Assembly: GCA_023437305.1 (NCBI GenBank)
Contig: JAEZGN010000010.1
Location: 24,420-88,419 of the forward strand
Length of the DNA stretch: 64,000 nucleotides
From: Bacteroidota bacterium
Lineage (GTDB): Bacteria; Bacteroidota; Bacteroidia; Bacteroidales; Dysgonomonadaceae
Reading direction: 5' to 3'
Position numbers and translations under genes: made by a program. The notes under the pieces are model-generated. The model searched no databases, was not told the origin of the DNA, and saw only the letters and a program-made list of their open reading frames with translations. Positions 1 to 10,086 of the stretch are shown here, one piece after another (the stretch's first letter is position 1; each line of letters starts with the position of its first letter).

Positions 1-2391
1 CCTTTTTCTCGCTTGAATGAGAGGGGAGCGCAATGGGTGGATAAGGAAGACTGGATTTATGAAACCACATTCCATCTGGATGATGAGACTTTCCGAAAAG
101 AGAATATTGATTTGTACTTTAAAGGATTGGATACTTATGCCGATGTTTATCTCAACGAAACCAAGATACTCGAAGCAAATAATATGTTTCGGGAATGGCG
201 TGTGGATGTAAAAAATATAATCCACCAAAAAGATAATAAGCTTAAGATATACTTTCATTCACCCCTTAAAGTCGATATGCCCAAATGGGAAGCTTTGCCT
301 TTTCAGTACGAAGCTATAAACGACCAGTCGGAAAATGGCGGACTTTTCAACCGGAGATTAAGTGTATTTGCCCGGAAAGCCGGCTATCATTACGGATGGG
401 ACTGGGGACCGAGATTGGTCACCTCAGGCATTTGGCGTCCTGTATTTGTGGAGGCTTGGGACAATTTACGTATAGATAACGTTCATTATATCCAGAAAAA
501 TGTTTCTGCTAAAAATGCGGATATCGAAACAGTATTCGAAATAGTAGGAGACAAAGACATGGCTTCTGCCAAAGTAGAAATAACAGACGAGCAGTCGGGT
601 AAAGTATTGTCTTCCGAGGTTGTAAACATTCAAAAAGGGATAAATAAAGTGAAACTGAGTTTCACCATAAAGAACCCCGAATTATGGTGGTCAAATGGGT
701 TAGGCAAACCCCATCTCTACACTTTCAATGCAAAGGTATCGATAGACAATAGGACGATTGACCATAAAAGTGAAAAGATAGGAATACGTTCTGTTAAGCT
801 TGTTAGGCAGCCGGATAAATTCGGTAAAAGCTTTTATTTCGAACTGAATGGAGTACCTGTTTTCTCGAAAGGAGCGAACTATATACCCTGTGACATTTTC
901 CTTCCGCGTGTCACAAAAGATATATACAAGAAAACTATTCTGGATGCGGTGGATGCTAATATGAATATGCTCCGTGTATGGGGAGGTGGCATTTATGAAG
1001 ACGATTACTTCTATGAGCTTTGCGATGAATACGGTATCATGGTCTGGCAGGACTTTATGTTTGCCTGTAGCCTTTACCCGGCAGAGGGTGAACTGCTCGA
1101 AAATATACGGCAGGAAGCGATAGACAACGTAAAGAGATTACGTAACCATCCTTCCATAGCCATCTGGTGTGGAAACAACGAATGCCTCGATGCATGGAAA
1201 ATTTGGGGATGGGAAAGGAATTATACCGCAAAAGACTCGAAGATAGCGGAAACTATATGGAAGCAGTTTTACGACCAGTATTTTGTAGTTCTGCCCGATG
1301 TCGTAAAAGAATACGACCCGACGGCAAGCTATACGCCTTCTTCTCCGTTTACCGATATAGACGGAAGAAGGGACAAAACCGATGGCGATATGCATTATTG
1401 GGATACATGGCAGAAAGGGCTTCCTATAAGCACTTATAATGACGAAAAGAGCCGTTATTTCAGCGAATATGGTTTTCAGTCGTTCCCCGAATGGGCAACC
1501 GTAAAACTGTATGCTCCCGAAGAAAAGGACTGGAATATCACTTCTGAAGTGATGATGTCGCATCAAAGGGGTGGGGCACATGCCAACCAGACCATTGAAA
1601 AATGCCTGATAAATGAATATGGACAACCGAAGGATTTTCAATCTTTCCTTTATATGAGTCAGGTTTTGCAGGGAGATGCTATGAAAATAGCTATGGAAGC
1701 GCACCGCCGTGATATGGGATATTGCATGGGCTCATTGTTCTGGCAACACAACGATTGCTGGCCTGTGGCTTCATGGGCAAGCCGGGATTATTACGGTCGG
1801 TGGAAAGCACAGCATTATTTTACCCGAGAAGCTTTTAAAGATATATTGGTTTCACCGATTTTAGATGGAAATAATCTGGATATATACATTGTTTCGGACA
1901 GGCTGAAAAATACGAAGGGTAAATTGCATATTTCCGTGATGACATTGGATGGTCGTGTAATTTCAGAAGAGATTAAATCCATCAATATACCTACAAATGC
2001 AAGTACCAAGGTTTATTCGGAAAGTGTAGCGAAACTGATAAAGGACAAATCTAAAAATGAAATTGTCGTAGTGGCGGATTTAATCGATGATAACAATAAG
2101 CAATACTCTAATAATTACTTCCTGCTCAATCAGAAAGAGATAAACCTGCCTGAAGCAAATATCACGTATAATATTAAGGCGGTGAACGATGGATATGAAA
2201 TCACTTTGAATAGTAATAATTTTGCAAGGGCGGTATACTTATCGGTGGATGGAATTGATAATTTCTTCGAAGACAACTATTTTGACTTGTTGCCGAATAA
2301 AGAAAAATCCATTCAGGTAAAAACCGGATTATCGTTGGATGATGTCAGGAAGCAGATAAAAGTTATTTCCCTGAAAGATTGTTTGCAATAA
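1..2391 (+). CDS. GH2 beta-mannosidase (5'-truncated by window edge)
   Basis: Frame is open from position 1. Motifs RKAGYHYGWDWGP, KGANYIP, NMNMLRVWGGG, WCGNNE (acid/base), SEYGFQS (nucleophile) and WQHNDCWP are typical of Man2A-type GH2. Confidence 0.92.
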   Translation, partial: PFSRLNERGAQWVDKEDWIYETTFHLDDETFRKENIDLYFKGLDTYADVYLNETKILEANNMFREWRVDVKNIIHQKDNKLKIYFHSPLKVDMPKWEALPFQYEAINDQSENGGLFNRRLSVFARKAGYHYGWDWGPRLVTSGIWRPVFVEAWDNLRIDNVHYIQKNVSAKNADIETVFEIVGDKDMASAKVEITDEQSGKVLSSEVVNIQKGINKVKLSFTIKNPELWWSNGLGKPHLYTFNAKVSIDNRTIDHKSEKIGIRSVKLVRQPDKFGKSFYFELNGVPVFSKGANYIPCDIFLPRVTKDIYKKTILDAVDANMNMLRVWGGGIYEDDYFYELCDEYGIMVWQDFMFACSLYPAEGELLENIRQEAIDNVKRLRNHPSIAIWCGNNECLDAWKIWGWERNYTAKDSKIAETIWKQFYDQYFVVLPDVVKEYDPTASYTPSSPFTDIDGRRDKTDGDMHYWDTWQKGLPISTYNDEKSRYFSEYGFQSFPEWATVKLYAPEEKDWNITSEVMMSHQRGGAHANQTIEKCLINEYGQPKDFQSFLYMSQVLQGDAMKIAMEAHRRDMGYCMGSLFWQHNDCWPVASWASRDYYGRWKAQHYFTREAFKDILVSPILDGNNLDIYIVSDRLKNTKGKLHISVMTLDGRVISEEIKSINIPTNASTKVYSESVAKLIKDKSKNEIVVVADLIDDNNKQYSNNYFLLNQKEINLPEANITYNIKAVNDGYEITLNSNNFARAVYLSVDGIDNFFEDNYFDLLPNKEKSIQVKTGLSLDDVRKQIKVISLKDCLQ

Positions 2392-2406
2392 CTTTTCATA
2401 TAAAAT

Positions 2407-2439
2407 AAAAGAGATACTATCCGATAGTATCTCTTTTTT
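2407..2439. terminator. bidirectional intrinsic terminator
   Basis: AAAAGAGATACTAT-ccg-ATAGTATCTCTTTT perfect inverted repeat between convergent genes. Confidence 0.85.
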
Positions 2440-2457
2440 GTTTCTATTCAACTTATC

Positions 2458-3261
2458 TCAATTCATTTTATTTATCCAGTTCAGCATCAACAGGCAACCC
2501 GGGGCATACACATTTCCATGGTCGAAGCCCTGCAATTCGTAAACTTTTACATCTTTGTTTCCTACTGACCTTAATATAGCATCTAAGTGTGCATTCTCTT
2601 CGTAACGGGCAGGAAGTTCCATGTTTCTGTCCCCTGTGATTAACAGTATGGGCGGAGCATCTTTCCGCGCATGTGTAATGGGCGCATATTCATCGATATA
2701 AGGAATATCAAAGGAAAGTTCCCTTTCTTTTTTGATTGTATAATGCGTATTCGTTTGTCCGCTTATCGGAATCACCCCTTTAATTTTATCCGCATCGATA
2801 CCCAAGTTTTTCAGATAAGATTTATCCAGCGAAACCATTAGTGCCAGATAGCCTCCGGCGGAATGTCCCGATACAAATATCCTGTCCGTGTTTCCGCCAT
2901 AGGACGAAATATGATTAAAAACCCATGCCACAGACTCCGAAGCATCTTCTGTATAAGCAGGATTTTTAGCTTTCGGGCTGAGGCGGTAGTTTACCGTAAC
3001 CACGGCTACACCCTTTTCTTTCAATTCGAGTGGAATCCCTTTTTCGCCACCTTCCAGCCCACCACCATGAAACCATATGATAGTCGGATAATCTGTTTTC
3101 CTTTCCGGATAATATACATCCAGTTTACAACGTTCTCTCCGATATTCATCCTTCTCGTCCGATGAGATATAGGAAATATTTTCTTTCAGTATGTAATTTT
3201 GGCTGTATACATCAGCTAAAAACAAGCCCAGGAAAGCAATAATGATAATGGTTTTTCTCAT
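2458..3261 (-). CDS. secreted alpha/beta-hydrolase esterase (HSL/BD-FAE-like)
   Basis: Signal peptide; HGGG oxyanion motif, GHSAG nucleophile motif, C-terminal FDHG. Confidence 0.8.
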   Translation of the reverse strand: MRKTIIIIAFLGLFLADVYSQNYILKENISYISSDEKDEYRRERCKLDVYYPERKTDYPTIIWFHGGGLEGGEKGIPLELKEKGVAVVTVNYRLSPKAKNPAYTEDASESVAWVFNHISSYGGNTDRIFVSGHSAGGYLALMVSLDKSYLKNLGIDADKIKGVIPISGQTNTHYTIKKERELSFDIPYIDEYAPITHARKDAPPILLITGDRNMELPARYEENAHLDAILRSVGNKDVKVYELQGFDHGNVYAPGCLLMLNWINKMN

Positions 3262-3282
3262 TGTGATTTATTATGATGTATG

Positions 3283-3319
3283 AAAAAAGTTTGCACAACA
3301 TTTTTTGTTATGCAAACTT
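3283..3319 (-). terminator. intrinsic terminator downstream of GH26
   Basis: AAGTTTGCACAACA...TGTTATGCAAACTT inverted repeat followed by a U-tract on the minus strand. Confidence 0.65.
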
Positions 3320-3351
3320 AAGAATATTTTCAAGAATCGTAATAATGGGAA

Positions 3352-4545
3352 CTAATTCACTGTCAACCCCTCTGCTATCTGATACATATTGGGTAAATCT
3401 CCTGAAAAGAACGAAACCGGGCTATCATACATTTTTATAAAGTTCTTCTCTGAAGCATGCCCTTTAAACGCTGAATAGAAATGTTTTCCACTCTCACCCG
3501 GATCATAAGCGTTACGCCACATTACAATCAAACTGATAAATTGTCCTGATGCTGGAGTAAGTATCTGTTGTGTCCAATAATTCTTTTCAGGTACACCTCC
3601 GCGTTGTATTCCTTCAACTCCTGTTTCAGTAACTCCGCAAGGTTTTTTCAATTCTTTCGAAAGGCGTGACAAAATAAACAGATTTGAGGTGAATGTATTT
3701 GGATTGAGTCCGTGATAGGCGTCCATACCTAAAAAATCAACATAATCATTCCCTGGCCATCTGAAAAGGAAGGTGTCGCGTCCCAAGACAGAATCTATTT
3801 GAGGAGAAATAGCATAGATGAAATTATGTACTCCTTTGGTATCGCGAAGATAATTCAGGGTAAACTTCCATAAAGCAATAAACTCATCCTGAGTGGTGCA
3901 GGAACTTCCCCACCATGACCAACCCTGTGTATGTTCGTGGAATGGACGGAAAATAATGGGGATATTTTTACCATCTGCACCTTTTAGATTCAACGCAAAA
4001 TCAGCCAAGCGGTCAAGCCACAGTTTAAATTTCACATTTGTTTCACTACCTTCTGTAAGTATCTCTTTAGCTACATTTTTATTAGAATTGTCCCATGAAT
4101 CACCTCCAGTCAAAGGGTTATTTAGGTGCATACAGGCTGTCAATACTTCACCTCTATTGTATGCTTCGATAGCAACTTTTCTGCGGATAGCGTTTGCTGC
4201 GTTCTGATAGCGGTCATCCATTATTTCCGAAACATCAAAACTGAAAACTGCCGGATAATCGCCACACACATCTTTAGTATCCGAACGTCCTTCTTCATTA
4301 TACCATTTGCGACCATACCACAGGTCATCATGATGACCGAACATAAAACCTTTGGACTGTATAGCCCATAAATTAGAATATAAAGCTTTAGTTTCGGTTG
4401 TGGCATTTTTGTCAACTATTGAAAGTTCTTTTACTTCTTCATATTCCGGATACAGGGGCGGAACATCATCCACATCTGTACAATTTGTGAACAGAATTAC
4501 AACCAGTGCAAATAATAAACTATATTTTTGTTTCATAATATTCAT
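3352..4545 (-). CDS. GH26 beta-mannanase family lipoprotein (start may be 4536)
   Basis: MFGHHDD, SDTKDVCGDYPAV, FRPFHE (acid/base), WPGNDYVDFLGMDAY and TETG (nucleophile); lipobox LFTNC. Confidence 0.88.
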   Translation of the reverse strand: MNIMKQKYSLLFALVVILFTNCTDVDDVPPLYPEYEEVKELSIVDKNATTETKALYSNLWAIQSKGFMFGHHDDLWYGRKWYNEEGRSDTKDVCGDYPAVFSFDVSEIMDDRYQNAANAIRRKVAIEAYNRGEVLTACMHLNNPLTGGDSWDNSNKNVAKEILTEGSETNVKFKLWLDRLADFALNLKGADGKNIPIIFRPFHEHTQGWSWWGSSCTTQDEFIALWKFTLNYLRDTKGVHNFIYAISPQIDSVLGRDTFLFRWPGNDYVDFLGMDAYHGLNPNTFTSNLFILSRLSKELKKPCGVTETGVEGIQRGGVPEKNYWTQQILTPASGQFISLIVMWRNAYDPGESGKHFYSAFKGHASEKNFIKMYDSPVSFFSGDLPNMYQIAEGLTVN

Positions 4546-4547
4546 TT

Positions 4548-6032
4548 TTAGTCCATATTCGTTAATAAAATAAAGCTTTGGGCTTTAAGAACTGTTTTGT
4601 ATTCTTTACCAATGTTTAAACCAGTTTCACTCGGAACCGGATGTCCATCTCCATTCTTCTTCATATTGTTTTCTTCATATAAATATTTTGAAACATTTTG
4701 AAGTTCCACCGGTAAAGATATACTCAGATTCTTATCACTTTCTCCAATATTTACAGCAACCAAGACATGCTTTCCATTATGTTCGCCAGCAGCCATATAG
4801 ATTCCTTGAGTGCGGTCTATTGTTGTTTTCAGAATATTAGTTCCGGAAGGGAAATAGCGGCACATAAGCGACCATGTATAATACCACGGACGGATTTCTT
4901 CTTGTGATGGATCGTTGAATACCTCTTCTCCCAGAATATTCCACATTCCCCACAATTTGATATCTTCCGTTTTGCCTGAATCGCCACTGCTGTGCATAGC
5001 ATCATCCAGCATCCATGCTGCAATACCAGAATATCCACCATTCATTACTTCCATACAAAGAAGAGGCATATCCAGCCCATAGAAATAATCGTAGACCAGC
5101 ATGTTAGAATCGCTTCCTTTGGTGAAAGGATGTCCCTCTGTCCTGCGGTTATATTCTTTCATCAGCAAAGAGTCTGCCTCACGCCAGTATTTATATCCCG
5201 CTTCACCTAAAACGATTTTTTTATCCTTCGGAACAAATTCTTTGTGCCGTGCCAGAATATCGGCATATTTACCCGAACGCACTTCGTATTGCCCCGGATA
5301 AGCATGTAAGTCATACAAACCGACAATAGAGTCTACATCGTTAGCTGTTTGCTTTACCCAGCCTATAGCGTCATAAGCAGATGCCGGATTTTTAAAATCC
5401 ATGACAGCGTCTGGTGCTGCAAATTTCACTTTTTCGCTCAGACCTGGATATTCTTTCATCTTAGCATGAAAACGTAACAACATGGATTTCCATAATTCAT
5501 AATCGCCGTTCGTGGAAGCCCAGTCACCATCCGGTTCGTTGAAAATCACGAAATATTTGATACAGGAAAACCCTAAATCATTTACCAGGTAATTAAGGTA
5601 ATCGACAGACATATCCACCCATCGTTGGTCGGCTTTCATATCCCATGTCGGAGGATTGTATTCTCCGTACATAACGGTAATATTATTGTCCGTACAATAT
5701 TTCAATACACGCGAAAGCGACTCTATATTCCGTGTTTTATCGTATTTGCCTGTTTCAGCATCATAATATCGGAAAGGGCTGTTTATCATGCACCGCACAT
5801 ATCCCATGCGCATGAAATCGAGACGTTTGAACAGCTTTTGCCAATCCGCTTCGGATATGGACGAACCCCATGCTTCTGCTTCATCATACGGATCCCATTC
5901 GACTCCGTTACCGATATAGTCTGCATTGATAATATCGGAACTGACCGTAATCTGCAATTCCTCTTTGGGTGCGGAGCAGGACAGAATAACCATACTTAAT
6001 GCGATAGCCTTTATTATATTTTTTATTTTCAT
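4548..6032 (-). CDS. putative clan GH-A glycoside hydrolase lipoprotein (family unassigned)
   Basis: Lipobox ILSC; FNEPDG, YDLHAY and VLGEAG match TIM-barrel catalytic Glu motifs; C-terminal beta-sandwich-like tail; paralog of the neighbouring gene. Confidence 0.7.
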   Translation of the reverse strand: MKIKNIIKAIALSMVILSCSAPKEELQITVSSDIINADYIGNGVEWDPYDEAEAWGSSISEADWQKLFKRLDFMRMGYVRCMINSPFRYYDAETGKYDKTRNIESLSRVLKYCTDNNITVMYGEYNPPTWDMKADQRWVDMSVDYLNYLVNDLGFSCIKYFVIFNEPDGDWASTNGDYELWKSMLLRFHAKMKEYPGLSEKVKFAAPDAVMDFKNPASAYDAIGWVKQTANDVDSIVGLYDLHAYPGQYEVRSGKYADILARHKEFVPKDKKIVLGEAGYKYWREADSLLMKEYNRRTEGHPFTKGSDSNMLVYDYFYGLDMPLLCMEVMNGGYSGIAAWMLDDAMHSSGDSGKTEDIKLWGMWNILGEEVFNDPSQEEIRPWYYTWSLMCRYFPSGTNILKTTIDRTQGIYMAAGEHNGKHVLVAVNIGESDKNLSISLPVELQNVSKYLYEENNMKKNGDGHPVPSETGLNIGKEYKTVLKAQSFILLTNMD

Positions 6033-6044
6033 ATTGTGTATATC

Positions 6045-7508
6045 TTAATAATCAAAATTAGTATAAACAACGAGTGACTCGGCAGGCATTGTGAACTGTT
6101 CTCCTTTTGAGAGATTCAATTTCAGATTCTCTTCATTCGGTAAAAGTAAATAGTCACCTTCTGTTTTCAATGTACCATCAGCATAAACGAACTTCTTGCA
6201 ACCCGTTAATTCAGGCATATTCGAACTTTCCAGCTTTATATCCTTCTCTTCTTTTGACACATTCACTATGGCTAGCATATATTTACCTTCTTTTTCCGAC
6301 ACTACAGCTTTTATATTACTGTCACCTGTAATATCGACCTTATAAATCTTAGAGCCGGCAGGGATATATTTGCATAATAACGACCATGCATAATACCATG
6401 GACGAACTTTTTCTTCATCTGCTCCAAACTGTTCTTCTCCAAATATATTCCAGAATCCCCATATTTTCAATTTATCGGGAGCTTCATTGGAGTGCATGGC
6501 ATCGTCGAGCATCCATACCACTGAACCCGAATATCCGCTGTTGATAGTCTGGAACAAGGCATCTGCCATATCCGTTCCGTACATATAATCGTAAACGAAC
6601 ATCTGTGAATCTTCAAGCGAAGCATGTTTTTTGGCCTTAGCACGTCGTATATTTTCCTGATTGTAAAGCGAATCGGCTTCTTCGACAAATTTGAAGCCGA
6701 TTTCTCCCATTACTATCTTTTTCCCCTCCGGTATACTGTTTTTATAAGCTTTGATAATATCCGTATATTCTCCTGAATTAACGGTTATCTTCGAAGGGTA
6801 AGTATGAATATCATACAGTCCGACCATATCGCCTAGCTGTACGGCTGTGCTGTCTATCCACCATGCTTCGTCCTTACCCCATATAGCTACATCGGGTCCT
6901 ACAATGTCAACTTTGTCATTCAACTTTAAAGTTTCCATATCCTTATGAAATTGCTTTATAGCTGAAGCCCACAGCGGATAACTTTTATTTGTTGAAGCCC
7001 AATAACCATTCGGTTCGTTTATCAGATTGTAGTATTTGATGCATGTATAACCTTTTTCATTGATAAGGTAGTCGACTAGTTCGGCCGCATGTTTCATGTT
7101 CTTATCGTTAATCTTTGCTTCACGGGTATTGATTACACTCCATCCCCAATCCCCGAACATTACTGTTACATTTCGACTCTGGCAGTAATCCAGCATTTTC
7201 GATAATGTTTCCATACCTTTTCCGGGAGTAAATTCTCCGTCATCCAGAAATGAAGAGGTATTTACCATAATGCGGATAAACTGCGGACGCATAAAGTCGA
7301 GCCTGTCATACAGCTTTTTCCAGTCGGCTTCGGATATTTCCAGCCTGCCGTTTCCATAATCCAGTTGGTATGGGTCCCATTGAGCTCCATTCCCTATATA
7401 AGAATCGTTTATGAGGGTATTTATATCAATGGAAATTACTGCATCCGGCTCTTTCTGGGAACAAGATAGAACGAGAACTGACAGAAATAAAAACAAACCT
7501 TTTTTCAT
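6045..7508 (-). CDS. putative clan GH-A glycoside hydrolase lipoprotein (family unassigned)
   Basis: Lipobox VLSC; INEPNG, YDIHTY, VMGEIG; shares WMLDDAMHS and RPWYYxWSL with 4548-6032. Confidence 0.7.
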   Translation of the reverse strand: MKKGLFLFLSVLVLSCSQKEPDAVISIDINTLINDSYIGNGAQWDPYQLDYGNGRLEISEADWKKLYDRLDFMRPQFIRIMVNTSSFLDDGEFTPGKGMETLSKMLDYCQSRNVTVMFGDWGWSVINTREAKINDKNMKHAAELVDYLINEKGYTCIKYYNLINEPNGYWASTNKSYPLWASAIKQFHKDMETLKLNDKVDIVGPDVAIWGKDEAWWIDSTAVQLGDMVGLYDIHTYPSKITVNSGEYTDIIKAYKNSIPEGKKIVMGEIGFKFVEEADSLYNQENIRRAKAKKHASLEDSQMFVYDYMYGTDMADALFQTINSGYSGSVVWMLDDAMHSNEAPDKLKIWGFWNIFGEEQFGADEEKVRPWYYAWSLLCKYIPAGSKIYKVDITGDSNIKAVVSEKEGKYMLAIVNVSKEEKDIKLESSNMPELTGCKKFVYADGTLKTEGDYLLLPNEENLKLNLSKGEQFTMPAESLVVYTNFDY

Positions 7509-7515
7509 TGTTTAT

Positions 7516-7555
7516 AAAATATGGACAGATAAACCCGAAGGCTTATCTGCCCGTA
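7516..7555 (-). terminator. internal stem-loop (cUUCGg loop) after susC-susD-SGBP
   Basis: Minus strand reads TACGGGCAGATAAGCC-TTCG-GGTTTATCTGTCCATA-TTTT. Confidence 0.65.
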
Positions 7556-7558
7556 TGA

Positions 7559-8521
7559 TTATTGTTTAGTTATCATTATGTAATATTTACGTGCTTTCTT
7601 GGCAAATTTATCAAAATCGCTGTAAATATTATCCCAGTCATCCGTACCATTCAGGTTAAATGAAAAAGCATTATTACTAACAGTTACAGATTTTCCATTT
7701 CCTAAATCATATGTTCCCGCGTTTTCCAATACTCCGGTGGTTACTGTTCCATCTTCAGCAGTAAATGAAATAGTTCCAAGTGCATAGTTACGTGTCCAAC
7801 GACTCTCGCCTACCGGTATTTGACGATAAAAATGTTTCAAATCTAAATCCACTCCAAGGTTATCTCTATTCATAGAACCTTGAAAGATAAAATTTGCATA
7901 TTTTCCGTCCGGTCCTGCATTATTGATACAAATACCCGAAGTGTTACCTTCATCGGTAATCTTATCCATCGTGAAAGTCAGAATATTGTCGCATTCTGTT
8001 TTTGGAGCATAATCATCATACCAGCACCATGATTTATCCTGCAATTGAAGGACTGCCCCTCCGCCATATTCAGGACCTGTTCCTCCATACACTATCAGAT
8101 CATTTATAGCCCAAGTGCCTATTACCGTTTCACTAAACTCTGTCGCATTTATTTTATATTCACGCACTTGCCCTGTAGCTGAAGTTATAGTAAGGTTTGT
8201 ACTTCTCTCTGCATTGCTAAAATCTAACGTGCCACCAATACTTACTGATGATTTGGCATCATACGATAGTTGTAATTTTTCTAACTCTACTTTAGAAAGA
8301 TCATCAATTGCATCTATATTCAACGATAATTCTATTTCGCCTGATGTATCATCAATCCTGGCTATCTCGGCTTTTCCAACCTGATTTTTTAATTTTATAT
8401 CTAAAATCAATCGGTCATGGCTCCAGCCACCATCATTCAAGTCATCCTGCATATCCTTTACACAAGATTGGGTAAGGATAGCGATAATTACAAATAAACT
8501 ATATTTTAATACTTTGTTCAT
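7559..8521 (-). CDS. SusE-positioned surface glycan-binding lipoprotein
   Basis: Lipobox TQSC followed by an acidic stretch; directly downstream of susD; beta-rich sequence. Confidence 0.65.
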   Translation of the reverse strand: MNKVLKYSLFVIIAILTQSCVKDMQDDLNDGGWSHDRLILDIKLKNQVGKAEIARIDDTSGEIELSLNIDAIDDLSKVELEKLQLSYDAKSSVSIGGTLDFSNAERSTNLTITSATGQVREYKINATEFSETVIGTWAINDLIVYGGTGPEYGGGAVLQLQDKSWCWYDDYAPKTECDNILTFTMDKITDEGNTSGICINNAGPDGKYANFIFQGSMNRDNLGVDLDLKHFYRQIPVGESRWTRNYALGTISFTAEDGTVTTGVLENAGTYDLGNGKSVTVSNNAFSFNLNGTDDWDNIYSDFDKFAKKARKYYIMITKQ

Positions 8522-8536
8522 GATATCTAAATTTAA

Positions 8537-10075
8537 TTATGGTCTTAAACTTGGATTCAAATTAATTTCAGATTGTGGAATAGGGTAAAAAGTATATTGA
8601 CTTTCATTCAATCCCATATTCTTCACTTCCTGAATATCTTTTATACGGTTGAGTCGTCTCAAGTCGTATAAATAAGCACCTTCGAACGCCAACTCATATT
8701 TACGTTCTTTGTACACAGCTTCCCTAAAATCAGCAGTGTTAAGTCCAGTAACCAAGTTTCCAAGTCCGGCGCGATTACGTATGAAATTAACAGCGTTATA
8801 AGCCTCCGATGTTGGCCCGGCAGCTTCTGCATAGGTTAATGCTATCTCTGAGTAACGAATTAGATAGGGACGTGTACTTGTTTTATCTCCGTCAAATTGG
8901 GGGTCAATAAATTTACGGCAGAAAGGATATGGAATTGCTCCACCTGTCGGAGTCCACTCCGCTTTCAGTGTTCCATCTTCATTATAAATCTTATTAACGA
9001 TAAGGTCTGTCTTACGCTTGTCATCATTATCATAACTATTGTAAAATCCTATTTCGGTACGATATTCGCCCCATCCGTCATGCGATTTAATATATTCATT
9101 AGAATCGCCCTGTTTCAGCCAGATCGTTGCGCCATCAATATAAGGAATATACATTTTGGATATTTTGGAATATTGCCCTTCACTTTCTCCCGTCCTATCC
9201 ATCGACATCAGGAAAATGTTTTCTTTACCGTTAAAATTATCTATATCATAAATTTTCAGTAAATCATTTTCGAATCCATAAGTGTGTTGAGGATAAGCCG
9301 GATCAAATCCCATGACGCGTCCTGCATACTTTTTGGCTTCTTCGTACATAGAGTTTACATCCTTGTTCATGTCTTTAAAAAGCAATACGCCTTTTTCTTT
9401 GCCCGAAGCAATAGTAAGATATGTCTTTGCTAATAAAGCCTGTGCTGCAACCTTATCTACACGTCCCATAGTCGGAGTAGAATACACAGGCATCAACTCT
9501 TCTGCCAACTTTAAATCTTCTATTATGAAATCATATAATTCATCCATACTAGCAGCTAGTGGAGCTGAAGTCTGGTCCAAAGTCTCTACTACTCCTTTGT
9601 GAATAGGAACTAACCCAAAGTTGCATGACAAATAATAGTAATTATAAGCTCTTAAAAAGTAAGCCTCTCCCATATATTGGTTTCTTAAATCATCCGGCAT
9701 ATCAGTACCAGGAAGCTTTTTTATAACCGCATTCGCACGGTTGATAGCAATATATGAATATTTGAAGAAATTCATCAAAGTGCCATTAGTATTGAAATTG
9801 TCTGTTTTCCACAAATTCAAGGATTGATTGTCTGTTGCAGCATCGGATTTTGTCGTCATAATTTCGGTAGGCATATCCCCGAGAAAAACTAGTGCCCGAG
9901 AATACTCCAAATATGTAAGTGTTGCATATGCATAATTGATAGCAGCTTTTGCATCTTCAGGACTTTTGTAGAAGTTATCTTCAGAATAGAATCCGTAAGG
10001 ATCTTCATCCAGATTACAGGCTGTAAAGCCCATAATGAAGCAGAACATTAATAAAAATTTTATTTTTGTTTTCAT
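8537..10075 (-). CDS. susD: SusD/RagB family lipoprotein
   Basis: Lipobox FTAC; GEAYFLRAYNY, AAQALLAKTYL, IRYSEIALTYAEA, ERKYELAFEG, YPIPQSEINLNP. Confidence 0.93.
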   Translation of the reverse strand: MKTKIKFLLMFCFIMGFTACNLDEDPYGFYSEDNFYKSPEDAKAAINYAYATLTYLEYSRALVFLGDMPTEIMTTKSDAATDNQSLNLWKTDNFNTNGTLMNFFKYSYIAINRANAVIKKLPGTDMPDDLRNQYMGEAYFLRAYNYYYLSCNFGLVPIHKGVVETLDQTSAPLAASMDELYDFIIEDLKLAEELMPVYSTPTMGRVDKVAAQALLAKTYLTIASGKEKGVLLFKDMNKDVNSMYEEAKKYAGRVMGFDPAYPQHTYGFENDLLKIYDIDNFNGKENIFLMSMDRTGESEGQYSKISKMYIPYIDGATIWLKQGDSNEYIKSHDGWGEYRTEIGFYNSYDNDDKRKTDLIVNKIYNEDGTLKAEWTPTGGAIPYPFCRKFIDPQFDGDKTSTRPYLIRYSEIALTYAEAAGPTSEAYNAVNFIRNRAGLGNLVTGLNTADFREAVYKERKYELAFEGAYLYDLRRLNRIKDIQEVKNMGLNESQYTFYPIPQSEINLNPSLRP

Positions 10076-10086
10076 GATTATTAGTT

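Noticed and set aside
3313..3369. Possible fourth AraC-box promoter before the 2458-3261 esterase
   Set aside because: A TAAGTTTG lies within the terminator arm, but there is no AGTAYAAC box 49 bp upstream of it.
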